A DNA stretch of 42,313 nucleotides from positions 1 to 42,313 of the forward strand of contig JAOUEE010000001.1 in NCBI GenBank assembly GCA_029858875.1. The letters run 5' to 3'. Of this stretch, positions 35,152 through 42,313 are shown in pieces (the stretch's first letter is position 1; each line of letters starts with the position of its first letter). The notes under the pieces were generated by a model. That model ran no database searches and was not told where the DNA came from. It saw only the letters and a list, made by a program, of their open reading frames with translations. The position numbers and the translations under genes were made by a program. The DNA comes from Acidimicrobiia bacterium (GTDB lineage Bacteria > Actinomycetota > Acidimicrobiia > Acidimicrobiales > SHLQ01).

Positions 35152-35898
35152 TCAGTCGCCCAGCTCGCGCATCTTGTCGTACACGCTGTCGCTGGTGGGT
35201 TCGAGCAGTTCGTCCACGGTGTGGCCGTCGGCCAGGAACACCACGCGGTCGCTGTAGGACGCGGCCACCGGATCGTGGGTGACCATCACGATGGTCTGGC
35301 CCAGCGCGTCGACCGCATGGCGCATGAACGTCAGGATCTCGGCGCCGGTCCGGCTGTCGAGGTTGCCGGTGGGCTCATCGGCGAAGATGATCTGTGGCTG
35401 GCTGGCCAAGGCCCGGGCCACGGCCACCCGCTGCTGCTGGCCGCCCGACAGCTCGTTGGGGCGGTGCGTGGTGCGATCGGCCAACCCGACGGTGTTGATC
35501 ACCTCATCGAGCCAGGCCTGGTCGGGGTCGCGTCCGGCCAGGGTCATGGGGAGGGTGATGTTCTCCATGGCGTTGAGCGTGGGCACCAGGTTGAAGGCCT
35601 GGAACACGAAGCCGACGTAGTCGCGTCGCAGCAGGGTCAGCTGCTGCTCGCTGAGCTGGCCCAGTTCGATCTCGCCGATGAACACTTGGCCCCTGCTCAG
35701 GGTGTCGAGGCCGGCCATGCAGTGCATCAGCGTCGACTTGCCCGAGCCCGACGGCCCCATGATGGCCGTGAACCGACCCTGCTGGAAGTCCACGGTGACG
35801 TCTTCGAGGGCGACGACGCGGGTGTCGCCCTCACCGTAGATCTTCGTGGCTCCCACCGAGCGCGCCGCGCTTGTGGTGAGAGTCGCTTGGTCGGTCAC
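35152..35898 (-). CDS. ABC transporter ATP-binding protein (MacB/LolD-like)
   Basis: GGAGA lies 6 nt upstream of the GTG at 35898. Walker A GPSGSGKST, signature LSGGQQQRVAVARAL, Walker B IIFADEPTGNLD. The longer ORF to 36168 is not supported by homology. Confidence 0.9.
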   Translation of the reverse strand: MTDQATLTTSAARSVGATKIYGEGDTRVVALEDVTVDFQQGRFTAIMGPSGSGKSTLMHCMAGLDTLSRGQVFIGEIELGQLSEQQLTLLRRDYVGFVFQAFNLVPTLNAMENITLPMTLAGRDPDQAWLDEVINTVGLADRTTHRPNELSGGQQQRVAVARALASQPQIIFADEPTGNLDSRTGAEILTFMRHAVDALGQTIVMVTHDPVAASYSDRVVFLADGHTVDELLEPTSDSVYDKMRELGD

Positions 35899-36182
35899 GC
35901 CGATCTCCGATCGTTGAGGGCCCGCAGTCAGACGATCAACCCTATTGACACAAGAGCACAAGGTCGATGTCTGGGGATGTGATTTCCGACGAAGTCGGCG
36001 AGGAAGTGCGGCGACGACAAGACCGCCCAGCAGAAGGCGCTGCGGCCGGTCCCGGTGAACGACGAGCCGCAGACGATGCCGTCCGGACCACGCCGGCCCG
36101 TCCGCCCGGAACATTGAGCCCAACGGCCCATGGGCGGCGGGGATGGATGCTCGTAGCTTGAAAGGCACTGGAGGACATTCAC

Positions 36183-36365
36183 ATGCAGCGATGGCATGCC
36201 GACGAGCCCGATCGACCGTGGGTTCGACGCCGATACCGCGACCAGAACGAACGGACCCGCCGCGATGATCCCGAGGTCGTCGACCTCACCGACGAGGCCA
36301 TGGCCGCTCGCGAGGTGAACGGCCGAGACTTCGCCATCCTGAAGCTGTTCCGTTCACGCCGCTGA
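36183..36365 (+). CDS. Hypothetical 60-aa highly charged protein
   Basis: GGAGG lies 8 nt upstream of the ATG. GC3 is about 75-80%. No recognisable family. The stop lies 7 nt before the tandem repeat array. Confidence 0.4.
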   Translation: MQRWHADEPDRPWVRRRYRDQNERTRRDDPEVVDLTDEAMAAREVNGRDFAILKLFRSRR

Positions 36366-36372
36366 TCGCCCA

Positions 36373-36560
36373 CCGCGGCCCGAGCGGCCGGTGAGCGTCG
36401 CGAACAGGAGCGGGCGATACCGCGGCCCGAGCGGCCGGTGAGCGTCGCGAACAGGAGCGGGCGATACCGCGGCCCGAGCGGCCGGTGAGCGTCGCGAACA
36501 GGAGCGGGCGATACCGCGGCCCGAGCGGCTCGCGCGCGTCGCGAACAGGAGCCGAGGACA
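36373..36560. repeat. 47-bp direct tandem repeat: three identical copies plus one degenerate copy (a further partial copy follows)
   Basis: The unit CCGCGGCCCGAGCGGCCGGTGAGCGTCGCGAACAGGAGCGGGCGATA occurs at 36373..36419, 36420..36466 and 36467..36513 (identical). A diverged copy lies at 36514..36560. The unit length is not a multiple of 3. Confidence 0.9.
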
Positions 36561-36658
36561 CCGCGGTCGAACGACGCGATCGTCGCGCTCGGGGCGGGGC
36601 GCGCAACGAACCCGAAAGCGCTTGGGTCGCTCGCGCGCCGCGGCCCTACACTCCGGCC

Positions 36659-39600
36659 ATGACGTGCGTGTCCTGCGGGGCCACCTATCGCGAGGGTGAT
36701 CGGTTCTGCGCCTCCTGCGGAAGCTCGCTCGAGGCCCGCGACGACCAACGCCGCGTCGTCACCGTCGTGTTCGGCGACCTGGTCGGATTCACGTCCCTGT
36801 CGGAGTCGCTCGACCCGGAATTGGTCAAGAACCTGGTCGACCAGGCCTTCGAGCGCTTGGCCGCCGACATCGTCCGGTTCGGTGGTCGGGTCGACAAGGT
36901 GATGGGCGACGGCCTGCTGGCATTGTTCGGGGCGCCGGTGATGCACGAGGACGACGCCGAGCGGGCCGTGCGGGCCGCACTGGCCATGCAGCTCTCCATG
37001 GCCCAGCTGCGGGCCGAGCGGGAGGTCGACATCCACATGCGCATCGGGGTCAACACCGGCGAGGTGCTGGTGGGCGAGATCCACGCCGACGGCGACTACA
37101 CGGCCATGGGCGACGTGGTGAACACGGCCAACCGCCTCCAGGCCGAGGCCCAGCCCGACACCGTGCTCGTCGGGCCCGGCACCCACGATGTCACCGCCAC
37201 CGTGATCCGGTACGAACCGCACGGGTCGATCGTGGCCCGCGGGCGCGACGGCCGAGTCGAGACCTGGCGGGCGGTCGAAGCCGTCGGCCTCCCCGGACAG
37301 CGCGACCGGGCCCAGACGCCGCTCATCGGCCGCGACCTCGAGCTCGACCTGGTCGATCGGACGATGGACGCCGCGGTGAAGCGCCAGCGGGCCAACCTGG
37401 TGCTGGTCCTCGGCGATGCCGGGGTGGGGAAGACCCGGTTGATCGAAGAGGTCGCCGAGCGGGCCCGGTCCCGTCACCAGGCCCGGGTGATCTCGGGCCG
37501 ATGCCTGCCCTACGGCGAGGCCAACGTCTGGTTCCCCATCGCCGACGCCCTCCGGAACTTCCTGGGGATCGACGAGGATGTCACCTCCGAGCAGGCCGAC
37601 GCGCGGATACGGGCCATGGCCGCCGATGCCCCCGAACCCATCGAGGCCGAGGATCTCGACCGCGCCATCGCCGGTCTCCAGCACCTGTTCGGCATCGGCG
37701 GGCCGCTCTACGACATCGACCCGGTGCGAGCGGCCGACGAAGCGGCCTGGGCCGTGCGCACCATCTTCCGCTTCGTCGCCCGCCAGCGGCCGCTCATCTT
37801 GCGCGTCGTCGACCTGCACTGGGCCGATGATGTGGTGCTCGAATCGATCGATTCGCTCATGAAGAACATGAGCCGCTACCCGTTCCTGGTACTGGCCACC
37901 GCCCACCACGGTCTCACCGATCGCTGGCGGCCCCGTGCCGGTCGCTCCAACGTCACCACCCTGGCTCTGGAGCCGCTCGATCGAGAGGCGGCAGGTCGCC
38001 TGCTGGAGGTGCTGCTTCCCGTGGACATCGGCGTCGATCAGCGTGAGCTGCTGCTCGACCGGGCCGGCGGCAATCCGTTCTTCCTCGAGGAGTTGGCCTC
38101 CCTGTTGTCGAGCGACGAGGCCGCCGACTCCCTGCCCAGCAACCTGCGGGGCCTGATCGGGGCCCGCCTCGACGGGCTCACCGATCGCCAGCGCCAGGTG
38201 CTCGAGGACGCGGCCGTGCTGGGACGCCGTGGGTCGATCGGCGCCATCGAGCGCATGGTCGACAAGACCCGTGGCCTGTCCGACATTGCCAAGCCGCTCG
38301 AAGCGTTGCGTCAGTTCGACCTGCTCGCGGTGGATGACCACCACTGGGAGTTCCGGTCCGACCTGGTCCACGACGTGGTGTACGGGCGGATCACCAAACG
38401 GGATCGAGCCATCCGCCACATGGGTGTCGCCGCCTACCTCGAGGCCCACCTGGGTGACCGAGCCGACCCGGCCGCCGTCGCGCACCACCTCCGTCAGGCC
38501 ACGGTGCTCACCACCGAGCTCGGGCCGTTGTCGGATCTGCCCGGGGATCTCCACCACCAGGCGCTCGACTGGACGATGCGTGCGGCCCGCGCCGCAGTGC
38601 GGGGCGGCGCCGCCGAACGGGCGACGGGTCTGTACAGCGAGGCGCTCGACCTGGTGGGCCACGATGACCCGGTGGCGCGGGCGCAGGTGCTGATCGGGCG
38701 GGCCAAGGCGCTCAGCGACGGTCATCGCCACGCCGAGGCCCGGGCCGATGTCACCGAGGCGTTGGAGATCGGCGAGGGCGACCCGCGGGTGGTAGCCGAT
38801 GCCACCCTGCGCATGGCCCAGATCGAGCAGTGGTCGGGCGAGTTCGAGCGGGCCACGCTGTTCTACGTCGAGGCTATCGACACCTTCGCCGAGCTGGAGG
38901 ACGAAGCGGCCATCGCCGAGGCTCGGCAGGGCTTGGGGCTCACGTTCCTCATGGCTGGTCGCACCACCGAGGCCGAAGAGATCATCCTCACCAGCCTCGA
39001 TCGGGCCATCGCCAACGACGACCAGGCCGCCGAGGCCTGGGCTCATCAGAACCTGGCCTGGCTGAGCTATGTGCAGGGTCGCACCGCCGAAGCCGACGAG
39101 CGGCTGGCCAGCGCCCGCGCCCAGTTCATGCGGGTCAACGATCCGGTGGGCGTGGCCTGGGCCGACGGCCTCATGGCCTATGTGCGGCTGCACCAGGGTC
39201 GTTTCGAGGAGTCCGAGGAGCTGGCCGAGCGGAGCCTGCGCGAATCCAGCAGCCGAGGCGATCCCTGGGGCGAGGCCATGATGCAGGTGCTCTTCGCCTC
39301 GATCCGGTTGTGGACGGGTCGCACCGATGAGGCCATCACCCTGGCCGAGGAGGCCCGTCGCATCTTCCGCAGCGTGAGCGATCCCGCCGGGTTCTCCCAG
39401 GCGGTGGCCGTCCACGGTCGGGCGCTGTTGCGGTCCGGTCGCATCCGCGAAGGGCTCGAGGCCCTCGAGGAGCTCAGCGAGGACCCCGGCGCCAGCAGCT
39501 CCGGGATGGCCCAGGCCGATGCCGCCATCGCCCTGGCCGAGGTCAGCGTGGGCGACCCCGAGTCGGCCTTGGCCGATCTGGGCCCTTTCGATCCCTCGAC

Positions 39601-40120
39601 CACCTCGGTGCTCGAAGTCGGTCAGTCGGAACGACTGGTGGCCTTCGGACTGGCCCAACTCATGCTCGGTCGGCCCGAGCAGGCCGCCTCGGTCCTGCTG
39701 CCGGCGGCCGAGCCCGACGCCGACGGCCAGCGCAACGCCAACGCGGCCACCGCGGCGGCCCTGGCCGCCGCCGCCGTCGGCGACGGCGAGACCGTTCGGG
39801 TCATCACCAAGGCCCTGAAGTCGGACCACCTCACCTATCTCGACGAGTTCACGCTGATGTTGGCCCGGGCCTTCATCGCCGTGCGCGAGGGGCGGCCCAG
39901 CCGGGTGCACGAACTGTTCGCCCGCAGCCGTGATCATCTGGTCAGCACGGGCGACACGCTGTCGATGGCCATCGGACTGCTGGCCGAGGCCGTCGCCCTC
40001 GAGGCGTTGGGCGACGAGTCGGCGTTGGCTGCCGCCGAGCGGGCCGAGGAGCACCTCGACGCCATCGGCATCGAGGCACTCGGGTGGCGGACCGCCTTCC
40101 GGTTGGCCGCCGGCCTGTAG
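36659..40120 (+). CDS. Zinc-ribbon / class III adenylate cyclase / STAND AAA ATPase / TPR multidomain signalling protein
   Basis: MTCVSCGATYREGDRFCASCG (zinc ribbon). Cyclase motifs VVFGDLVGFT, GDGLLALFG, RIGVNTGEVLVG, GDVVNTANRLQ. Walker A GDAGVGKTRL and Walker B-like LRVVDLHWADD. Long Ala/Leu/Glu-rich TPR-like C-terminus. The track start at 36485 runs through the repeats and is rejected. Confidence 0.85.
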   Translation: MTCVSCGATYREGDRFCASCGSSLEARDDQRRVVTVVFGDLVGFTSLSESLDPELVKNLVDQAFERLAADIVRFGGRVDKVMGDGLLALFGAPVMHEDDAERAVRAALAMQLSMAQLRAEREVDIHMRIGVNTGEVLVGEIHADGDYTAMGDVVNTANRLQAEAQPDTVLVGPGTHDVTATVIRYEPHGSIVARGRDGRVETWRAVEAVGLPGQRDRAQTPLIGRDLELDLVDRTMDAAVKRQRANLVLVLGDAGVGKTRLIEEVAERARSRHQARVISGRCLPYGEANVWFPIADALRNFLGIDEDVTSEQADARIRAMAADAPEPIEAEDLDRAIAGLQHLFGIGGPLYDIDPVRAADEAAWAVRTIFRFVARQRPLILRVVDLHWADDVVLESIDSLMKNMSRYPFLVLATAHHGLTDRWRPRAGRSNVTTLALEPLDREAAGRLLEVLLPVDIGVDQRELLLDRAGGNPFFLEELASLLSSDEAADSLPSNLRGLIGARLDGLTDRQRQVLEDAAVLGRRGSIGAIERMVDKTRGLSDIAKPLEALRQFDLLAVDDHHWEFRSDLVHDVVYGRITKRDRAIRHMGVAAYLEAHLGDRADPAAVAHHLRQATVLTTELGPLSDLPGDLHHQALDWTMRAARAAVRGGAAERATGLYSEALDLVGHDDPVARAQVLIGRAKALSDGHRHAEARADVTEALEIGEGDPRVVADATLRMAQIEQWSGEFERATLFYVEAIDTFAELEDEAAIAEARQGLGLTFLMAGRTTEAEEIILTSLDRAIANDDQAAEAWAHQNLAWLSYVQGRTAEADERLASARAQFMRVNDPVGVAWADGLMAYVRLHQGRFEESEELAERSLRESSSRGDPWGEAMMQVLFASIRLWTGRTDEAITLAEEARRIFRSVSDPAGFSQAVAVHGRALLRSGRIREGLEALEELSEDPGASSSGMAQADAAIALAEVSVGDPESALADLGPFDPSTTSVLEVGQSERLVAFGLAQLMLGRPEQAASVLLPAAEPDADGQRNANAATAAALAAAAVGDGETVRVITKALKSDHLTYLDEFTLMLARAFIAVREGRPSRVHELFARSRDHLVSTGDTLSMAIGLLAEAVALEALGDESALAAAERAEEHLDAIGIEALGWRTAFRLAAGL

Positions 40121-40127
40121 CGAAGCG

Positions 40128-40145
40128 GAAGCCGGGGTCGGCTTC
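40128..40145. terminator. Hairpin between the convergent cyclase-STAND and peroxiredoxin genes
   Basis: GAAGCCG-GGGT-CGGCTTC gives a 7-bp stem and 4-nt loop inside the 28-nt intergenic gap. No clear U-tract. Confidence 0.4.
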
Positions 40146-40148
40146 GGG

Positions 40149-40778
40149 TCAGCTGGGAGCTTTGGTGTAGCGCAGGTACGGCTTGGGGGCGTCGAATGCA
40201 CCGAACCGCTCGCGCGCCTCCTCGTCGGACACGGCCGGGGCGATGATGACATCGTCGCCGGGCGTCCAGTTCACCGGCGTGGCCAGGCTGTGTTCGGCGG
40301 TCAGCTGGAGCGAGTCGATGACCCGCAGGATCTCGTCGAAGTTGCGCCCGGTGCTGGCGGGATAGGTGAGGGTGAGCTTCACCTTGTCGTCGGGCCCGAT
40401 GACGAACACCGAGCGGACGGTGAGGGTGTCGTCGGCGTTGGGATGGATCATGTCGTACAGGTTGGCGACGGTGCGGTCGGGGTCGCCGATCATGGGGAAG
40501 TTCACCTTGGTGCCCTGGGTCTCCTCGATGTCGGAAGCCCACGCGTCGTGGTCCTCGACCGAGTCCACCGACAGGCCGATCACCTTCACGTTGCGTTTGG
40601 CGAACTCGGCCCCGAGCTTGGCCGTGTAGCCGAGCTCGGTGGTGCACACCGGCGTGAAGTCCTTCGGGTGACTGAACAGGATTGCCCAGGCTCCGGCCTT
40701 CCAGTCGTGGAAACTGATGGTGCCCTCTGTGGTGTCGGCGGTGAAGTCCGGTGCGATGTCACCCAGTCGTATGGCCAT
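40149..40778 (-). CDS. 1-Cys peroxiredoxin (Prx6-like)
   Basis: 209 aa. FSHPKDFTPVCTTEL active-site motif. GAGGAG upstream of the ATG. Confidence 0.9.
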   Translation of the reverse strand: MAIRLGDIAPDFTADTTEGTISFHDWKAGAWAILFSHPKDFTPVCTTELGYTAKLGAEFAKRNVKVIGLSVDSVEDHDAWASDIEETQGTKVNFPMIGDPDRTVANLYDMIHPNADDTLTVRSVFVIGPDDKVKLTLTYPASTGRNFDEILRVIDSLQLTAEHSLATPVNWTPGDDVIIAPAVSDEEARERFGAFDAPKPYLRYTKAPS

Positions 40779-40908
40779 GATTGTCTCCTCGGGTCCAATG
40801 GAGCCCCGACCCTACGGCGGGCTCGGCGCGAAGTCGATGGGATCGGGGCGGGACTCGACGATCGGGGTCCGTGGGTGGGGGTTGTCGGGCCCGGGAGTCG
40901 GCGGTTGG

Positions 40909-41412
40909 ATGACGGCGATGATCCTCCGACCCTTCGTCCCCGCCGACCGCGAGCACGTGCTGGCGCTCAACAACGATGCCGTGCCCGCGGTGAGCCGCCT
41001 GGCTGGCTCCGACCTCGATCGGTTGGTGGCCTGGGCCGAGTCGGTCACCGTCGCCGCCGAGGACACGGCGGTGCTGGGCTTCCTGATCGGGCTCACCGGC
41101 CCGGGCCTGCCCTACGGAAGCGACAACTACGCCTGGTTGAGCGACCGCTACTCCTCGTTCCTCTACGTCGACCGGGTGGTCGTCGGGCCGGCGGCCAAGG
41201 GGTGCGGGGTGGGCCAGTCCCTGTACCGCCACATCGTCGCCGTCGGCGCCAGCCGGTTCCCCGTCCTGCTGGCCGAGGTGAACACGCAGCCCCGCAACGA
41301 GGAGTCCCTGCGGTTCCACGAGCGGTTCGGCTTCACGTCGGTCGGCCACGCGTCCACCGAGGGCGGCACCAAGGAAGTGGTGTACCTGGAGCTGGCCCTG
41401 CCCGCAGACTGA
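40909..41412 (+). CDS. GNAT-family N-acetyltransferase
   Basis: ILRPFVPADREHV N-terminus. The acetyl-CoA loop region is VVVGPAAKGCGVGQSLY. C-terminal SLRFHERFGF. Start at 40909 or 40918. Confidence 0.8.
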   Translation: MTAMILRPFVPADREHVLALNNDAVPAVSRLAGSDLDRLVAWAESVTVAAEDTAVLGFLIGLTGPGLPYGSDNYAWLSDRYSSFLYVDRVVVGPAAKGCGVGQSLYRHIVAVGASRFPVLLAEVNTQPRNEESLRFHERFGFTSVGHASTEGGTKEVVYLELALPAD

Positions 41413-41435
41413 GGACCGCGAGAAACCTTCGCCAG

Positions 41436-41451
41436 TGTCGGCTGGCCGACA
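41436..41451. promoter_or_regulatory. 16-bp perfect palindrome TGTCGGCTGGCCGACA in the GNAT / cNMP-binding gene spacer
   Basis: TGTCG-N6-CGACA has the same geometry as CRP/FNR-type sites (TGTGA-N6-TCACA). It could also fold as a 6-bp hairpin with a 4-nt loop, acting as a terminator for the GNAT gene. Confidence 0.3.
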
Positions 41452-41501
41452 GAACCGACGTTCATCATGGGTGACCATGGGGGTCGAGACGAGGAGGACC
41501 C

Positions 41502-41918
41502 ATGGTCAGAACGAGTGGAGTGGCGATGATGGAACGGCCGGTGACCGAGCTGATGACCGGGCTGTCGCGACGCCGGCGACGCGCCATCCTGGGGCAGATG
41601 TCGCGGGCCGCGATGCCCGCCGGGCGGCTGCTCACCCAGGAGGGGGCCACAGGGCGGGAGTTCTTCGTGCTCACCGGAGGCCGGGTGGAGGTCTGCGTGC
41701 ACGGTGAGCCGGTGGCCGAGGTCGAGCCCGGCGACTTCTTCGGCGAGATCTCGCTGCTGCGCGGCTGTCCGCGTACGGCCACGGTCGTGGCCAGTGACGA
41801 CGTGACGCTCGAGGTCATGAACCGCCGCGAGTTCGCCGCCGTGCTCGATCTGTGGCCGTCGCTGGCCCGATCGGTGTCCGAGCGGGCCATCCAACGGCTG
41901 GTCGCGCTCGAGAACTGA
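41502..41918 (+). CDS. Stand-alone cyclic-nucleotide-binding (CNB) domain protein
   Basis: GAGGAGG upstream of the ATG. Phosphate-binding cassette FGEISLLRGCPRTATVVA. 138 aa with no output domain. Confidence 0.8.
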   Translation: MVRTSGVAMMERPVTELMTGLSRRRRRAILGQMSRAAMPAGRLLTQEGATGREFFVLTGGRVEVCVHGEPVAEVEPGDFFGEISLLRGCPRTATVVASDDVTLEVMNRREFAAVLDLWPSLARSVSERAIQRLVALEN

Positions 41919-42033
41919 CCGGGCAGCCGCGCCGACCGGCCGTCAAGATCGAATCGGCGTGGGTTGGTGCCAATAGTTGGTACAGACCGACGCCAGATCG
42001 GTCAGATCGGTCAGACGGCGGATCGGTCAGCGG

Positions 42034-42222
42034 TCAGTCGACGACCGTGGTGGCCGGCGATGCCGGCTCGCCGTTGCCCCCGCACGACCAACATGGTCCG
42101 TCGGTGGGGCCCCGCCACGTGACATCGCACCGCGGGCACAGCATCGCCATCACCGGGGCTCGCCCCAGGCGGGGCTTGGAGAGGGAATCCGGCAACGACG
42201 TCATCGCCATGCGCGGCAGCAT
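42034..42222 (-). CDS. Small zinc-ribbon protein (CPRC...CWSC), hypothetical
   Basis: Four Cys in a CxxC-N13-CxxC arrangement. Very high GC3 in this frame. The start is uncertain because no well-placed Shine-Dalgarno sequence is visible. Confidence 0.4.
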   Translation of the reverse strand: MLPRMAMTSLPDSLSKPRLGRAPVMAMLCPRCDVTWRGPTDGPCWSCGGNGEPASPATTVVD

Positions 42223-42313
42223 AGGGAACCCGTTTCGGAAGAGGGTCGATGGTGTCCTCCGGCACCCGGCTCGACGCAGGCGGTCTCGGGGCGCCCGCGG
42301 GGTGTCGCGGCAA

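Noticed and set aside
35945-35950. A TTGACA hexamer as a -35 promoter element in the ABC / small-ORF divergent region
   Set aside because: No acceptable -10 hexamer (TANNNT) lies at 16-19 nt spacing on the plus strand, so a single hexamer match is not enough.
36373-36560. A CRISPR array
   Set aside because: The units are directly abutting 47-bp repeats with no unique spacers, and no cas genes are nearby. It is a simple tandem repeat.
36485-36658. The track start (36485) of the 1211-aa ORF, and the 106-aa minus-strand ORF 36286..36606
   Set aside because: Both are translations of the 47-bp repeat array, whose unit is not a multiple of 3. The products are Arg/Ser/Gly-rich. The zinc-ribbon N-terminus begins at the ATG at 36659.
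36179-40252. A 1357-aa minus-strand ORF
   Set aside because: It is antisense to the motif-rich cyclase-STAND-TPR gene. Its composition is extreme in Gly/Arg/Pro/His with no recognisable motif. This is typical of shadow ORFs in high-GC DNA.
39930-41474. A 514-aa plus-strand ORF spanning the end of the cyclase gene, the peroxiredoxin and the GNAT
   Set aside because: It crosses three independently supported genes on both strands and is Arg/Gly/Pro-rich. It is a shadow ORF.
42011-42313. A 100-aa minus-strand ORF running to the window edge
   Set aside because: It overlaps the CxxC...CxxC ORF in another frame. Its third-position GC drops in the overlapping part. The upstream portion (42225..42313) may belong to a different gene that continues beyond the window, but this cannot be resolved here.

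Overview
This is a high-GC (about 70%) window that looks like Actinomycetota chromosome, possibly Acidimicrobiia-like. That guess rests on gene content (HelD, Lhr-Nei, an Rpf-like transglycosylase, hemE-hemY, Lnt). All product calls come from motifs read by eye in the supplied translations; no searches were run.

Gene content in order:
- A glycosyltransferase / methyltransferase / prenyltransferase-like / methyltransferase cluster.
- dtd.
- A secreted lipoprotein.
- An operon of two paralogous CzcA/AcrB-type RND pumps flanking a 143-aa mini-adaptor lipoprotein.
- An Lnt homologue whose catalytic Cys codon reads Ser.
- A small gene interrupted by an in-frame TGA.
- A minimal class III cyclase.
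- An Rpf-like gene, then hemY-hemE.
- A GT4-CE4 deacetylase fusion plus a sulfotransferase.
- helD, lhr, an antisense alpha/beta hydrolase, and nei.
- An ABC ATPase with two tandem double-FtsX permeases of about 900 aa each.
- A 60-aa ORF, then a 47-bp tandem repeat array.
- A zinc-ribbon / cyclase / STAND-ATPase / TPR protein.
- A 1-Cys peroxiredoxin, a GNAT, a stand-alone cNMP-binding protein and a small zinc-ribbon ORF.

The strongest hidden signal is at 13724..14023 on the minus strand. A 99-codon reading frame starts at an ATG with a well-placed GGGAGG Shine-Dalgarno sequence and contains one in-frame TGA. A hairpin with a GGUC apical loop, like the E. coli fdhF SECIS element, follows the TGA. 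This is a candidate selenoprotein, and the ORF track shows only its 63-aa tail.

Other points worth follow-up are the hairpin-less mini-adaptor with paired RND pumps in a probable monoderm, the glycosyltransferase-deacetylase-sulfotransferase module, the 47-bp repeat array upstream of the NLR-like cyclase, and the adjacent GNAT and cNMP-binding genes. The many long Arg/Gly/Pro-rich ORFs antisense to recognisable genes are treated as high-GC shadow ORFs.
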